This document shows, one piece after another, positions 61,990-64,000 of a stretch of DNA of 64,000 nt. This DNA is from Cirrosporium novae-zelandiae (Eukaryota): NCBI GenBank assembly GCA_026023565.1, contig JAPETS010000032.1, forward strand, positions 186,001 through 250,000, given 5' to 3'. Within the stretch, counting starts at the first letter, position 1. Every line of letters starts with the position of its first letter. The notes below the pieces were generated by a model. It made no database searches, was not told where the DNA came from, and worked only from the letters and a program-made list of their open reading frames with translations. The translations under genes were made by a program, and so were the position numbers.

Positions 61990-63314
61990 TTAAATCTTTT
62001 CCTTTTCGCCCAAAGCATCTCTCAGGAACGTTTCCACATCCGTTAACTTCATATCCGGCAATAGCTTGTTCCATGTAGGTGGAACGTCAACTGCGCCATT
62101 CGAAGCCACGAGCGCGTATGATGAAAGGACCATGCGCTTGAATTCCGGCGTCTTCATTTCAGGCGGCATGTGAGGGTGGTTCATTGGGGGAATCCAATCA
62201 GAGTTAAGCTCGCCTTTTGCTAGGTCGGCTTTTTGTACACGATGGATTGTCATAGGACGGCCTGAGGTGGTGTCAGGGAACAGGACCAATTCATATCTGA
62301 ATTTCCAGAGGGGTAATGCATGGCTAGATGAACAAAGAAGAACCTACCTGCGTATTTCTCAATCAATTTTACCAACTCTTTCTCTTGGATTCTACTCCCC
62401 ACAATACCACCAACCTCTGGCCACTTTCCCTCATAGTCAATTGCGGCCGCGACCACTTTTGCAACGTCCTGGATGGTCGTCCAGACCCGCCAATCCTCGC
62501 CTTCTTCCACCATTATAGCATGTCCACCTTCACAATCATAGCCGATACAGGTGATGAAAAGGTGTTCGGTTGTCACTTTCGGATAGGCCAAATAATTCAT
62601 GAAGACCCCACATTGGAATAGGCAGTATTCAAGAACTGGCTTTTCAGCGTTAAGCTCTTTCAGGTGGGCGTGCAATTCGTCTTTGTATGCGTAGCCCGGG
62701 AAGTGAGAGTCGCATCGTCTAAAAATCAAGAGAGACAAATTAGCGAACGAGTTCATATGATAATGATAGACCAGAGCCAGTGAAAATTCTTCCTCTGATC
62801 TCCTTCCATTCTCTCAAGGAGAAACCCCCCTTTCCAACCCAGGAAAAGGAAGCAAGGAAATCCTTACGTAGCCCATTCACTCGGCGCGAACCTCTTCACC
62901 CCAGCGTCCACGCACGCCGCCACCAAATTATTCTGCGCCAAGTTCTGTTGATCCCCCACCAAGAACGACAGAACCGTATGAACCCCCTTGAGAGCGGCCG
63001 TCAATTCTGCCTTATCAAGATAGTTCACCTTTACGACATCGATACCAGCGGCTGTGAGCTCAGGTGCTCCCTAGATGACGTACGAACGTCAACATTTCCC
63101 CTACATGTATGGAACAATCCACAAAGCCGAGCAAGCAAACGTACATTCCTCGAAAAAACAGTCACCTGATGCTTTCCCTGATTGAAAAGCTCTTGGGTAA
63201 TCTCCCAACCAACATCTATAAAAAATTGTATATCAGCTTGGTGTACGTGCAGTTTAAACAAGATTGAGAAAATAACATACTCCCGGAACCACCTGCAAGA
63301 ACCACGTGAACCAT
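61990..63314 (-). CDS. NmrA-like / isoflavone-reductase-like NAD(P)-binding protein
   Basis: MVHVVLAGGSGNVG Rossmann motif, ALKGVHTVLSF, AGVKRFAPSEW, EYCLFQCGVFMNY, TTIQDVAKVVAAAID, WN.LLPD. Exons 63314-63281, 63215-63145, 63070-62868, 62718-62348, 62261-61990. Confidence 0.92.
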
Positions 63315-64000
63315 TTTCCGTCTGGTTGAGGGTCTTTGTACTTGTGATGATACTGGTACTGGTGTTGAGGTAATCGCTGGCTTTTTTCTCTTTTTTTTTT
63401 TGAAAAAGAGAATATTCTTTGTATGTTATGTAGAGGAAATAAAACCAATGAAGGTCGATGAGTATTGATGAGGTTAATGATGAGGATGATGATGATGATG
63501 ATAATTCAAAAGTCCTCCACAGCCATCTCTTTTATATATAATCATTCTTTACGTCTACCAAACACCAATCGAGTGAGTGGTTGTTGCATATGTGAAACGT
63601 CGCCGAAGCCGAAGCCGAATCGGTCCCACCAAAAGGTCGCCGAACAAGGCTGGTCCGCCGAATCCGAAAAGATAAAAGTCAAATCAAGTCAAAACCTCAA
63701 CAAGTCAACGACATGCCTTGACAACGGGAACCTGCTCGACTCAATTTAACCCCATTCCTTTCCTATCATTTGTCCCAAAGGTAGAATATCTTGACCTCAA
63801 AAACATTACTCACTGCTATCGGAGTAATCCTAACAATATCTTCAAATACAGCTCGAAAGTAAGATTCTTTCTAGCTATATTCAGCTCAACTAAATCAATA
63901 TCAATTTTTTTTTTCAATCTTCTTTTACTGTTACAACTATGAGGATACGGAAACAACAAACATCACAGCTTTTCACAATTCTAATGATATCTTTGGTTTT

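Overview
Eukaryotic DNA from a filamentous ascomycete (Pezizomycotina; Eurotiomycete-like by protein similarity and by short GT-AG introns with CTRAY branch points). I can support 14 intact protein-coding genes: a Pho2/RfeB-type homeobox TF, a solo ankyrin-repeat protein, a Dnf3-type P4-ATPase flippase, acetoacetyl-CoA synthetase, an intronless trypsin-fold protease, LCB2, an 810-aa Pro/Gln/Arg-rich unknown protein, TPI, MRPL51, SNP1 (U1-70K), MDM10, MRT4, an AmdA-like C2H2 TF and an NmrA-like protein. There is one clear pseudogene (681-1201) and two weaker gene relics. Long microsatellite-rich intergenic tracts surround the two TF genes, and two of them carry splice signals with no ORF, so they are candidate spliced lncRNAs. 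The most accessory-looking segment is 23.9-28.5 kb, where the protease is flanked by inverted-repeat relics and short tandem arrays. No tRNA, rRNA, CRISPR array or intact transposase was recognised. Exon boundaries were read by eye, family names come from remembered motifs, and no database search was run. I did not find a definitive novel multi-gene system; the findings are leads.
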